The notes under the pieces: generated by a model
What the model was told of the DNA's origin: nothing
Databases searched by the model: none
The model's input: the letters and a program-made list of their open reading frames with translations, nothing else
In this document: positions 28,101 through 37,956 of the stretch, one piece after another
Numbering within the stretch: the first letter of the stretch is position 1
How the letters are laid out: each line of letters starts with the position of its first letter
Assembly (NCBI GenBank): GCA_963772365.1
Contig: CAVYXA010000003.1
Span: 480,001 to 544,000 of the forward strand
Length of the DNA: 64,000 bases
Direction: 5' to 3'
From: an uncultured Verrucomicrobiae bacterium
GTDB taxonomy: Bacteria > Verrucomicrobiota > Verrucomicrobiia > Chthoniobacterales > UBA10450
Program-made: the position numbers and the translations under genes

Positions 28101-28533
28101 TGAATGCCGCAATGGCGGAGCCAATGGCGATTACACGATGGTTTTCACCTTCGGCACGAACGTCGCGAGCGTTACGAGTGCGAGTGTCACCAGTGGCACA
28201 GGCACCATCAGCAGCCGCAACATCGGCGCGAACCCTCATGAATACATCGTCAATCTTACCGGCGTGACAAATCAACAGGAGATCACGGTAACTCTGAACA
28301 ATGTCCAGGACACTAACGGTAACTCGAGCGCCACTGTTCCGGGAATCATGAGAGTCCTGATCGGCGACACGAATAACAACGCCACCGTTAATTCTTCCGA
28401 TGTTAGCCAGACGAAAGGTCGAATTGGCATGGCTACGCCCACAACCTTCCGGTCAGATGTGAACGCCAACGGTACCATCAATTCGACGGATATTGCACAG
28501 GTCAAGGCGGAGGTCGGAACAGGCCTGCCATGA
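25138..28533 (+). CDS. Large secreted BNR/VPS10-like propeller protein with dockerin-like tail
   Basis: GRVNTVAIDP, GGVWKTT, SINGGATW, VHVDQHAL, AGTDFGLY, WTRGRG; same C-terminal module as 12343..16128. Confidence 0.8.
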   Translation: MKKTSTSMSGVSNARALLAFVLVSAGALLAIFSFAGISSKLTSTVDERLRDMPVPGGRVDDLERMQMEWHNRVTYPTGHFNPEWIRNAAAQDFQMARRVPSGLRRTNFGLGKNGPLAVEVNAFTALGPQPEHMTGCQGCFDYGTTEGRVNTVAIDPTTTTNGSIVAYVGTDGGGVWKTTNCCDASTTWSVLTDDAAVSTTSIDSVTIDPNNHNTIYAGTGDLNFGSFSYGSQGILKSINGGATWSVLGADVFGAAYPEPAGQFPQYQAVGKVRVDPNNSNKVVAGTKTGLYFSYDGGVNWAGPCTTNSFNTQRQDITGLELTNLGGGVTRILAAVGTRGFATNVQYDLGSNGANGLYKGTMPASGCPVDFSPISVDGNGFVFGTQVVGSPYTTGAAMNGASGTPYGGLNVGNQLGRMEIAVAPSNPDYIYAQVQSIAQNSNSGCGNANGCQLGVWVTTDGGTSWSFLNGSAGGSLRNCNNGQGDYPQNWYDQGIAVDPNNPDRLFVDTFDTWLADRNGISFYDLTCGYSGGHVVHVDQHALAFVQGSSSILLKGSDGGIFSSPDADTAVIGVVRNTWVNMDTGINSIEFYSGDISGDFATSANPSAVGGAQDNGPSSATFSGFPTGPVQWQEGLGGDGFFARIDPVGTGSSLRFFQGNNSGGLSRCVSNCTSPGASWTSIRPGWTGDTQSFILPWDIFHGGIAGGDDCAPAGVPGGCGHLIAGTTRVWETIRATDASGVNSTWYMTNNPTTQNMTKQTLGNRSHINQLKYSPKYSSVAMVGTNDANAWIGFNLGTGTASQANWVDVTDGNTVLPNRPVLNVALDPTVAAANVPVGYAAVGGFNANTPTMPGHVFQVTCGANCGSFTWLDKTGNLPDIPVDSIIVNPNFPQQVFAGTDFGLYFTDDITAASPTWYRFNNGLPNTMIWDMQIDRGSTTLSLWTRGRGAFAWPLPIGLIQTLQVNSIASRKVHGTAGTFDIDLGLDGSNATECRNGGANGDYTMVFTFGTNVASVTSASVTSGTGTISSRNIGANPHEYIVNLTGVTNQQEITVTLNNVQDTNGNSSATVPGIMRVLIGDTNNNATVNSSDVSQTKGRIGMATPTTFRSDVNANGTINSTDIAQVKAEVGTGLP

Positions 28534-28537
28534 CCGC

Positions 28538-29875
28538 TTAATCGCTTAGGAAATATTCGCGTTTCACCCATTCGAGGGCCTCTTCGCGATCGCGAAGAGC
28601 GCCCTCGAGTTGGCGTGTCTCGATTGCTTCCAGAATTTCGCCAAACTTCGGGCTCGGTTTCAAGCCCAGCGCGATCAAGTCATCTCCGCGCACCAGCGGC
28701 GGTGGAATGATCGGTTCCTTGGCGAACTCTTCGCGTTTCTTCAACAGAAATTCGTAATTGTCGAGCATACGGTGGCTGCTCTGGCAATCAACGCGATGTA
28801 GTTCCAGCTCCTCGTCGAATGTTGGACGGGCCATGAACCGCTTTAATTTCGCGACACGCATCTTCGGCGTGTCTTTGAAGACCATGTGTTGCTTCACCAT
28901 CTCGACAGTCGCATCGATTTCCGTGCCCGAGAATCGCAAGCGTCGCAGGATCTGCTCCGTCATCTCTGCTCCGATTCGATCGTGTTCGTTGAATCGGATC
29001 CGGCCCGTCGAATCGACTTTCGCGGTAACTGGCTTGGCCACATCATGAAGGATAACTGCGAAAACGAGCGGCACCGAGACCATCGCGGGAAGATGCTGCA
29101 ACATCAACCGAGTATGTTTAAAGACGTCGCCTTCAGGATGAAACTGTTCGGGTTGTTCGCAGCCTTTCATTGGTTCGATTTCCGGCAGAATCGCTCGCAT
29201 CAGCCCGCTTGAATCGAGCAGATCCCAACCGCGCACCCGGTTTGGCGAAAGAAAAATGCGCACCAACTCATCCCGAATTCGCTCAGCACTGATCTGGTTG
29301 ATTGTTGCCGCTTCAGTCACGAGTGCCTGCCAGGTGAAATTGTCGATCTTGTAATCGAGAACGGTGGCGAAGCGAACGGCGCGCAGCATACGGAGGCGAT
29401 CTTCGGCAAAACGCTGCCGCGGATCGCCAATTGCCCGAACTATTTTTGCTTCGAGATCGGCGCGCCCATTTACGAAATCGATCACTTTTTCCCCGACCGG
29501 ATCGAAAAACATTCCATTGATCGTGAAATCGCGGCGTTTCGCATCTTCTTCGGGTGACGAGAATCGAACGGAGGTCGGATGGCGCCCATCGACATACGCT
29601 TCATCAGACCGAAACGTCGCGACTTCGAATTGAAAGCCCTCTTGGATTACGATGACCACTCCGAAGTGCGCGCCGACCGCGTGAGTGCGGGAAAAAAGAT
29701 TTTGCACTTCTTCGGGCCGCGCGTCCGTGGCGATGTCGAAGTCCTTCGGTTTAACGCTGCGAACGATATCGCGGACGCACCCGCCGGCGAAATAGGCGAC
29801 GTGACCTGCCTTTCGCAAAACGGCAGCGATTTCACGCGCCGTTTTTTCCATTGGCAAAATTTCCCGGTTCTCCAC
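28538..29875 (-). CDS. cca: CCA tRNA nucleotidyltransferase (HD-domain type)
   Basis: AGGCVRD, KDFDIAT, RRDFTING, EDRLRMLRAVRF, LHDVAKP. Confidence 0.88.
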   Translation of the reverse strand: MENREILPMEKTAREIAAVLRKAGHVAYFAGGCVRDIVRSVKPKDFDIATDARPEEVQNLFSRTHAVGAHFGVVIVIQEGFQFEVATFRSDEAYVDGRHPTSVRFSSPEEDAKRRDFTINGMFFDPVGEKVIDFVNGRADLEAKIVRAIGDPRQRFAEDRLRMLRAVRFATVLDYKIDNFTWQALVTEAATINQISAERIRDELVRIFLSPNRVRGWDLLDSSGLMRAILPEIEPMKGCEQPEQFHPEGDVFKHTRLMLQHLPAMVSVPLVFAVILHDVAKPVTAKVDSTGRIRFNEHDRIGAEMTEQILRRLRFSGTEIDATVEMVKQHMVFKDTPKMRVAKLKRFMARPTFDEELELHRVDCQSSHRMLDNYEFLLKKREEFAKEPIIPPPLVRGDDLIALGLKPSPKFGEILEAIETRQLEGALRDREEALEWVKREYFLSD

Positions 29876-29883
29876 AGCGCCAT

Positions 29884-29940
29884 TGTAGCGGCGGTCGGCC
29901 TGTCACGCCATAGCCGTGGCGACGGCGGATGGCCATCGCT
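29884..29940. repeat. Family A REP arm interrupted by a second palindromic element (29899-29929)
   Basis: TGTAGCGGCGGTCGG|CCTGTCACGCCATAGCCGTGGCGACGGCGGA|TGGCCATCGC; the insert resembles 62446-62478. Confidence 0.55.
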
Positions 29941-29975
29941 ATGTAATAACCGGAATGAAATGGAAAACTGGGCAG

Positions 29976-31010
29976 CTACGGTTCAGTTGAGATTGCCGCG
30001 TCGAGACGGAGCGGAATCGCCTGGTTCATAACCGGCGGAGCAGCCAGCAATGGCAGAGGCCGGCTGGCAGGATGAACGGCCGCTCGCACATTGAACGTCA
30101 GCTTATGCCCATCACGTACCACCATGATTGGTACCATATCCCCAGCTGTGATGAAGAATGAAGCATCGAGCACATCTTCCGGATCGTGGACTTTAACGTT
30201 GCCTACCTGTAACAGAATGTCGCCCGGCTTTAAACCTGAATCGGTCGCCGGCGTGGTGGACATAATGTCTGTGATTTGCGTCCGTGAACCTTCAATCGCT
30301 TTCTTTGTCTCGGCTACGCTGGCTCCGATCCAGCCGTGCCGCACCTCACCGAAACGGACGAAATCGCCACGGATTTTTTCCGCAGCGTCAATTGGCAATG
30401 CATAACAAGCGGAATTGTTTTCCAGACTACTGACGAGGATCCCGACGACCTCACCTTTCAAATTCAACAACGGCGCACCCGCCTCACCGCGCTGCGTTGG
30501 CAGATTGACCCGAAGATGCGTGGTGGAAAAATAGCGTCCCAGGTATTTTCGATCGAACCCGGCGATCATCCCAAAGCTTGGCGTCTTGGGAAGATCAAGA
30601 GGATAGCCAATCGTCACGACCGGAGTGGCGACCTCGAGCTCGCTCGATTTCCCCACCGGGAGGGAAGGGGTGACGACATCGATTTTTAACAGAGCGATGC
30701 CGCTTCGAATATCAGCTACCAACTGACGGGCCGGATATTCTTTGCCATCAAACTGGACAGTAAAATTTCCCGCTTCTCCGCCCACAGTGTATGAGGTGTA
30801 AAGCGTTCCGGTAGGATCGACAAAGAACCCCGTGCCAAAGATATCGCTATGCTCATCGACACCATGAATCTTTACGACTGCCTTGGCCGACCGCTCGAAT
30901 ATGTCCTTTACTTCATGGCTGAGAATCAGCGCCGATTCTTCCTGGGCAAAGAGGAGATTCACGCTCAGGCAGAAGATTACGACGGACGCCGCTTTGGAGA
31001 GGTTTGCCAT
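29976..31010 (-). CDS. HtrA/S1C-PDZ homologue lacking the catalytic triad
   Basis: GTGFFVD..LYTSYTV, DIRSGIALLK, RGEAGAPLLN; one PDZ (GLKPGDILLQV); signal peptide. Confidence 0.85.
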   Translation of the reverse strand: MANLSKAASVVIFCLSVNLLFAQEESALILSHEVKDIFERSAKAVVKIHGVDEHSDIFGTGFFVDPTGTLYTSYTVGGEAGNFTVQFDGKEYPARQLVADIRSGIALLKIDVVTPSLPVGKSSELEVATPVVTIGYPLDLPKTPSFGMIAGFDRKYLGRYFSTTHLRVNLPTQRGEAGAPLLNLKGEVVGILVSSLENNSACYALPIDAAEKIRGDFVRFGEVRHGWIGASVAETKKAIEGSRTQITDIMSTTPATDSGLKPGDILLQVGNVKVHDPEDVLDASFFITAGDMVPIMVVRDGHKLTFNVRAAVHPASRPLPLLAAPPVMNQAIPLRLDAAISTEP

Positions 31011-31068
31011 TCTCAACGCCTGTCTAACTAAATCAAAGCCAAAGCGCTGAGGGCGCCCGAAGGCATTC

Positions 31069-31560
31069 CTAGAACCGGAAATTAGACTCATAACTCACTG
31101 GAACGCTATCGAGCACGTAGCGCGGCGGCGTAGCGACCCGGTGAGTGTGGGCGCTGTGGTTGAATTTGCGAAGCGGTGGCGTGCTCAAAACTCGCATAGT
31201 GACCGGCGACGCTAGCGTCCATTCGCTGTCCGTATCCTCCACTGTGGATATCGCCGGCCGCTCCTCAAAGGCGACATTCGCAGGCGGTGGTTGTTGATGT
31301 ACTTTCAAAGAAATTACTGCTGCACAGATTAGCACGGCTGCAGCCGCCGCCGGATACGACGTCAACGAAGGGACATTCAAGCGGAACATGAAATCCTGTA
31401 TTCGATCCAGGCAAATTCGCCACAGCGGCCGCTGCAACAACTCATCGCGTTGCCGCCGATGGAATTCATGCAGGAAATCTTCGAAGTATCCCGGGGAAGG
31501 CTGCTCGTAGCGTTTCAACCGAAGAAGCTTCGCAATCTCGCTGTCGTTGAATTCGTCCAT
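31069..31560 (-). CDS. Putative anti-sigma factor (single TM)
   Basis: LLRLKRYEQPSPGYFEDFL N-terminus, central TM, directly downstream of the ECF sigma gene. Confidence 0.65.
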   Translation of the reverse strand: MDEFNDSEIAKLLRLKRYEQPSPGYFEDFLHEFHRRQRDELLQRPLWRICLDRIQDFMFRLNVPSLTSYPAAAAAVLICAAVISLKVHQQPPPANVAFEERPAISTVEDTDSEWTLASPVTMRVLSTPPLRKFNHSAHTHRVATPPRYVLDSVPVSYESNFRF

Positions 31561-31571
31561 TTTTGCGCCCG

Positions 31572-32267
31572 TTAAGAAACCGGATTCTTCCTGAATTCGT
31601 CCAGATAGTTTTGGAGTTGCCGATTCGCGTAGAAGAGTCTCGAACGTACCGTCCCTTCCGAAACACGCAAGATTTTACTGATCTCGGCATGGGGCATTCC
31701 CTGAATATGGAACATGGTAACCACGGCTCTGTGATCTTCAGACAATTTCATCATGGCCTCGTTCAACCTTTTCTGCAGTTCGGAGAGGTCCGCCTCCCGC
31801 ACCGGACTGCTGGTTTGCGTCACTTCCAGAAACTCCTTGTCGTTTTGAATACTTGAATCGACATCGTCCAGACTGAGCTGATAACGACGCCCTCGTTTCT
31901 TCAGAAAATTCAGCGTCATGTTCACGGCGATGGAGTGGATCCAGGTGTAGAAAGTGGATTTCCCGCGGAAGCCGCGGATCGCCTTGTAAGCTTTTGCAAA
32001 CACATCCTGCAAAAGGTCGTTCGTGTCCTCGTGGTTTGAGGTCATGTTGTAGATCAAGCCGTAAAGACGCGGCGAATACTTGATCACCAGTTGGTCGAAT
32101 GCCCCGGCATCACCCGATTGCGCCCGCGCGACAAGTTGCTGATCTTCATCCGTGCGCGGTTTATCCATCTGGTCGCGCTTAGATTTAACACGCGTCTCCA
32201 GACCGGACGACAACAAATCCGAGATGCGACGAGCTGGCAATGCGAGCGCTGCGTTCATGTTTTTCAA
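31572..32267 (-). CDS. ECF RNA polymerase sigma factor (RpoE-like; start may be 32168)
   Basis: LVARAQSGDAGAFDQLV, FRGKSTFYTWI, GTVRSRLFYA. Confidence 0.93.
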   Translation of the reverse strand: MKNMNAALALPARRISDLLSSGLETRVKSKRDQMDKPRTDEDQQLVARAQSGDAGAFDQLVIKYSPRLYGLIYNMTSNHEDTNDLLQDVFAKAYKAIRGFRGKSTFYTWIHSIAVNMTLNFLKKRGRRYQLSLDDVDSSIQNDKEFLEVTQTSSPVREADLSELQKRLNEAMMKLSEDHRAVVTMFHIQGMPHAEISKILRVSEGTVRSRLFYANRQLQNYLDEFRKNPVS

Positions 32268-32277
32268 CGTGCGCCAA

Positions 32278-32974
32278 TTAACGCCGATCCCGGATCGACA
32301 TCAGCCAGAGCAGGTTCCCAAGCGCCGCAATAAACGCGGCCACATAGGTGAGAGCGGCTGCGTTCAGGACTTTATTCACGCCCGCAACTTCTTGCCCGGG
32401 CTGCACGATTCCCATTTCTTTCAAAATGATTTTCGCTCGCCGGGAAGCATCAAACTCCACCGGCAGGGTGATGAGCTGAAAGACGAGCAAGATCAGATAA
32501 CACCAAATGCCGATCGTTATCAGACCGCGTGATCCGAAAAAATAGTCCACCGAAGATCACGAACGGCAGCATTTGCGATGCGATCATTGTCACCGGCACG
32601 ATCGCCATTCGTGCCTTCAGCGGAGCATACGCCTTGGCGTGTTGAATGGCATGACCGGTTTCATGCGCGGCAATGCCGAGCGCGGCCACCGATGGCGTCT
32701 GAAACACGTTGCTGGACAGACAAAGTTTTTGTTGTGCCGGATCGTAATGATCGCCTAGAAAATCGTTGGTCTCGACAACATCGACATCGTGAATCTGCGC
32801 CGCGTTAAGAATTTCCCGCGCGCACTCGGCGCCGGTGATATTCGAGCTGGCCCGCACCTCGCCCCATTTGCGGAACGCGCCACTTACCCGCATTTGGGCC
32901 CAGATTCCAATGATCAGAGGAATGCCGATATAGAAGATCCAGCTGCCCCCGCCAAAACCGTAAGGATAAAACAT
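32278..32974 (-). CDS. Neutral zinc metallopeptidase (YugP-like; frameshift near 32525)
   Basis: DHYDP, AAHETGHAIQH, TLPVEFDASRRA, AAALTYVA across two frames. Confidence 0.88.
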
Positions 32975-33030
32975 GCCTGTCTTAAGTGTGTCTAGGAACC
33001 TTAGACGCGCAAGAGGGCGCCTCGTTCATT

Positions 33031-34179
33031 TCAGATTTCTAATTGCTTGGGAAATCGCGACAGAATTTTGCAGCCGCTTTTCGTCACTACGACGACGTCT
33101 TCGATCCGGACGCCGCCCAGTCCGGGATAATACAGGCCCGGTTCGACAGTTACGACCTCTCGCTCTTTTAGCACGACTTTTTGCAGCCGCGGATATTCGT
33201 GGATTTCCAATCCGAGTCCATGACCAGTGCCGTGGAAAAAGCCGACGTTTTTGCCTTTGCGGACTTCGGTCGGATAGCCGCGATCGGCAAAGAATCTTTG
33301 GATCGCCTTGTGGATCGACATTCCATCTACGCCGGCCTTGATCCGTTTCAAGGCAATCGCCTGGCCTTGTTTCACCGTTTGCCAAAGTTTGCGCTGGGCA
33401 TCGCTGGCGCGACCGCGCACAACGGTGCGTGTGAGATCGCCCCAGTAACCGGTCTTGGCGTCGCGGGGAAATACATCCAGGATAATTAATGAGTTTGCAT
33501 AGAGCGGTCCGGAGCCGCGCTCATGCGGATCGCAAGCTTGATCGCCGCCGGCGACAATCGTAGTCGTCGGTGTTCCGCCCGCGTGCAGAATCGCAGTGTC
33601 GATCTCCGCCCGCAGAATCTCTGAAGTCAGCGTTTTGCCCGACCATTTCAGTTTTTTGTCCAGCCCACGCGCGATTGTCGATCTTCGCAAAACTTCCGTG
33701 GCGCGTTTGAGTCCAGCTTCGGTGATGCGCAAAGCATGTCCGATCATTTCCAGTTCCTTGTTCGACTTCGCTTCGCGCTCCGGCCAGAACGTCCCGCTTG
33801 CTGCGCGCACCCGAATTTTATTTTTCGCCAATTCCTCCGCGTAACTAAGCGCAAAATTCCCGGGGACGGTTGCAGATTTCACTCCGCGCTGCCGAAGGAA
33901 GTGCGCCAGCACTTTCTCATACGGTGGCGCCTTTTTTGAACCTCCCTGGACTTCGCGCTCCAGTTTATTGAAGGAAAAAAATTTATCGGCTTTAGCCTGT
34001 TTCCGGCCGCGGCCTATTTCCAAGTCGCTTAATACCAGCATGCGTGTCCCGTTTTGCTGTAGAAAAATAAACGGATCGGGCGCCCAAAAATTTGTGGCGT
34101 AAAGCATATCGGCATCAGCTTCGCTGGCCGCGACGATGAGACGATTTTGGACTTCGGATTTCGGTTTTCGGATTTTCAT
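33031..34179 (-). CDS. Xaa-Pro aminopeptidase (M24)
   Basis: DLTRT, HGTGHGLGLEIHE, TVEPGLY, GVRIED. Confidence 0.92.
   Translation of the reverse strand: MKIRKPKSEVQNRLIVAASEADADMLYATNFWAPDPFIFLQQNGTRMLVLSDLEIGRGRKQAKADKFFSFNKLEREVQGGSKKAPPYEKVLAHFLRQRGVKSATVPGNFALSYAEELAKNKIRVRAASGTFWPEREAKSNKELEMIGHALRITEAGLKRATEVLRRSTIARGLDKKLKWSGKTLTSEILRAEIDTAILHAGGTPTTTIVAGGDQACDPHERGSGPLYANSLIILDVFPRDAKTGYWGDLTRTVVRGRASDAQRKLWQTVKQGQAIALKRIKAGVDGMSIHKAIQRFFADRGYPTEVRKGKNVGFFHGTGHGLGLEIHEYPRLQKVVLKEREVVTVEPGLYYPGLGGVRIEDVVVVTKSGCKILSRFPKQLEI
34144..34178. repeat. 7-bp tandem repeat forming the N-terminus of the M24 peptidase
   Basis: attttgg acttcgg atttcgg ttttcgg attttca encodes MKIRKPKSEVQN. Confidence 0.7.
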
Positions 34180-34183
34180 TTGC

Positions 34184-37100
34184 CTAGCTCCGCCGGACTT
34201 CGAGTTGCCGCCGCAGAATCCAGTTCAATAAAAGGAGCAGACCAAACGTTGATGCAATCAGAACGGCGGTATTGAAGATGAAAACGCTGATTGTAAACCC
34301 GAGATATCGCTTTTGCGCTCCGAAAAACACGTTTGGCTTGTGACCGCGGCGATAATCGTTCTGCTCCATCTCGGCGTTCGAATAGAGATCGGAGACTTTT
34401 TGATTCACGTAAATTTGCTCCGCCGTAATCGGACCCGTTGCGCTTTGGAAAAGATTCCGGTCAAACGGGCGGTCGCCGTCGAGGATCTGATCGATCAGAT
34501 GAAGATAAGAATTCAATTCCTTTACCGAATGCGCCTCCAAACCGGAAAGCGCCGCCAGCGTTTCCTTTAAATCGTCCAGCCGTCTGAGCGCCGCCGGGTT
34601 CTGTTGACCTTGCAACCGCTGAACCAGTGCGTCGATCTCGCCCTGGACGCGGTCCTGTCGTCGCGTTAACGGATTCAGTTTCGCCTGGGCGACGATGATC
34701 TCCTCATATGACCATCTCATCGCGACAAATTGGCAGATCAGCGGCACTTCCAGCCGGCTGCTCATTTTTTTGTTCTCTTCCTCGGTCGGATGCTCTGTGT
34801 ACCAGCGTTGCATCAAATAACGGAAACCGAGGTTTCGATTCATATCCTCGTATTTGATCAGTGCGCCGCCCATCAGAATCTGCGGGATCAGTACCCAGAC
34901 CATGATGTTGACGGCCGATTTCGGGTCCGAAACGAGCGAAGAAATCAGCAATCCTAAACCGAGACTGCAGAGCGCGGTCAGAAACATTAGGCCGAGATGG
35001 GTCCAAAACATCCCGCGAATTCCCAGGATATAATTGCCGATCCAGACGAAAAGGATGCATTGAATCAGGGCGAACACGGCCAGCGATGCCATCTTGGCGA
35101 AGATGTAATAGGGCAATCGGATATTGAGATTGCGTTCACGCTGAAGAACAGTCCGATCACGAATGATATCATCGGCGCTATTGGCCAACGACAAGAACAT
35201 GATCACCAATAGCGCGATGAACAGATACGTCGGGATATGAAATGCCGACGCGAAATCATACTGGCCAGTATCGGAGTAACGGAGCAGCTCCCGATTCCAA
35301 AAGCCAGAAGCGGCGCACCGGCGATCGTGATCCCGAGATTGACGCGATTCCGCAGTTTGCTCATGAATGCGCGCCGTGCAGCGCGCGAAATTGCGTCCAC
35401 TCGTCATGCCAGCGAAATGGCAATCGTCTTTTTTTCGCCGGGGCCGGCGGCAAAGGCGCGACTGGTTCCTTGCGAAGCGAGACCTGTTTAACGTCCTGGA
35501 TTAATCGAAACGCCTCATATTTATCTCGCCAGAAATCGGGCGCGTAACGACGGGCTGGCACGAGCTGCCCCCGGCTGTTTTCTTCGTAGATGATATCGCC
35601 GCTCAAATCGCGCAGAGGCGTTTCCAAAACGTCAAAGATAAATTCTGGGCGCGTCGTGCCGCACGCCGGGCACGCGCCCAATTCCGCGCCGAACTGATGT
35701 TGATGTTCGGCTTCGGCGAAATAGCGGAGCATATCCGGTAGGCGTGCCGAAAAAGACGAGCCGACCGCCTTTGTCGAGCAGGATCGCCTTGTGAAACATC
35801 TGGAAAATCTTCGAGCTCGGCTGGTGGATGGTGACGATGATGATCTTGTTGTGCGCCATCCCGCGGATGATCTCGATCACATGCTCGGAGTCCTTCGAGG
35901 AAAGGCCGGATGTCGGTTCGTCGAACAGGTAAACGTCCGACATGCCGATCATGTCGAGACCGATATTGAGCCGCTTGCGTTCGCCGCCGCTTAACGTCTT
36001 TTTGACTGCGCTTCCGACGACAGCAGTCGCGGCGTTCGCCGAGCCCGAGCTCGACGAGCTTCGCTTCGAGACGGCGCATCCGATCGCGTCGCGAAAGATG
36101 TGGCGATCGAATCGCGGCCGCGAACTGCAGGTTTTCCTCGATAGTCAGATGCTCGTCGAAAGCGTCTTCCTGCGGGATGTAACTGACGTAGCGCTTCAGC
36201 CGTTCGAGATTTGGATAAAGCGATTGGCCATTGAGGAAAATCTGGCCATTGGTCGGCTGAAGCTGTCCCGCCAGCACTTTTAAGAAGTGTGCTTTTCCCC
36301 GAACCGCTCGCGCCCATCACGCAAACCAGCTCGCCTCGCGTGATGTTGAAAGAAAGCCCGTCCAGTCCGATTTCGCCTTTCTTGAAATGATGAGTGACTT
36401 CGCGCACCTCGAGGCTGCGAATGATGTTGCGTTCCTCTTCGATAATCCGCTCGGAAAAGTTGCACCGCAAAAACTGTCCGATGTCGATCCTGATGGTGTC
36501 GCCATCCTTGAGCGGAGCAGTCGTACGCACTGTCACATCGCCCACGCTGATGGGCCGGTCCGCCTCGATCACTTCCAGTTCACCGACGCGTTTGTCGTAA
36601 TCGCAAAAGATTTTGAGCAAGCACATCGCCGCTGGTTCCCGGCGAAAGCAGAATATCGTCCGCCTGGAGAAGACTCGGATTATTCGACACGAGGTATTCC
36701 GATTTTGAAGCTTTTAATTGGAACCGGCCGCCCAAAGCGCGCGCACGCCGGCGCAGATCCAGCAGATCCAGTTCGCTATCGTTGTGGAATGTGACTTTGT
36801 CTTCCAAACTCGCTTCGACTTGTGTGCCGGCCTTTAATTTTACGCCTTTGAGCACAGCATCGACATCGCGCAGCGCCTTTACTTTCACTTTCAAACCGAA
36901 GGAAATCTTGAGCGCGCTTTCGCGAGTGCGGCCGCGTTCCAGCTCGACTTCGTCGCCTTCTTTGCTAACTCGCACAAAAATCTCGGGAACGGAGACGTTC
37001 TTCTTGGCGTTGAAATATTGCGCCAGCTCCTGGTAACTAAGCACCTGATCGCCTACCAGGATGCGTTGCCCTGGATAAATGCGGCAAAACCCATTTCGCT

Positions 37101-37821
37101 GCAACGGCCGGCCTCGCACGGATACGGTCTGGCCGCTGTAGTTCTTGAGCAGAATGAGATCGTGATAACGGAAAGCGAGCAATCGGTCGTTTTCCGTAAG
37201 GCTCTTCAAGATCACATCTGCCTTGCCGTTTGGCCCGAATGAAAGTGATTCCAGCGGCGAAGCGCCTCGTTGATAAATGGACGGATCGGAATCGCCGGAA
37301 GCATTGAGTTGATAAACGATGTCGATCGCCTGTGCTGCCATGCCGAGTTGCGACATGAACGAGTAAAACGCGACCACCTGGTCCTGCTTCAGCCCCGCCT
37401 GCGAAATCAAATCATAGAGCTGGACGCCGAGCATAATTTTCCGATCCGCGCTCAACTGCGAGCTGAGCTTTTGGGCCATCGCAGCGAGATCCTGTTGTTC
37501 GTAAAGCGCCTGCCGGAAAAGCTGGCGCAGCTCCGAGTAAACCGCTTCCGGATAATCGTAGCGCAGAAAACCGAGGCTCGAGTCGATCTCTTCTTCCAGC
37601 AGAACACCGTCCGCTTTGGAAAAGCTGGCCAGCACCTGAATCAACAGCGGCAATAGATTCGGTCCTTCCGAAACGCTGCGCGGCTTTCGCAAAGCCCGCC
37701 GCATCCAACGTCGGCCCGTACGTCGGAAACGATAAGCAATCGGCGTGACGCGCTGGACGGCTTTGTCGATCTTATCGGCAACGGTGGTGACCAGTTCTGT
37801 CATGGAAGAAATTCGAGGCAA
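34184..37821 (-). CDS. Large ABCG-like fused ATPase/permease with TerB-like N-terminus (several frameshifts)
   Basis: Fragments carry KADGVLLEEEI, GASGSGKST, YIPQED, LSGGERKR, FDEPTSGL, TIHQPS, CPACG and an ABC2-type membrane part. Confidence 0.8.
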
Positions 37822-37894
37822 AAACTACCGTAATTGACCGAAGGAAGCAATATAGTGGGTTCAATATTGGAAGCCCCGGCCCGGCTCCTGCTTT

Positions 37895-37923
37895 TTGCAT
37901 TGCCGATTCATTCATGGTAACAT
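37895..37923 (+). promoter_or_regulatory. Sigma70-like promoter of ftsH
   Basis: TTGCAT-17 nt-TAACAT with an extended -10 TG. Confidence 0.5.
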
Positions 37924-37956
37924 TTTTCTCATAGCGGCTACGCGTCCGCATTGTTT

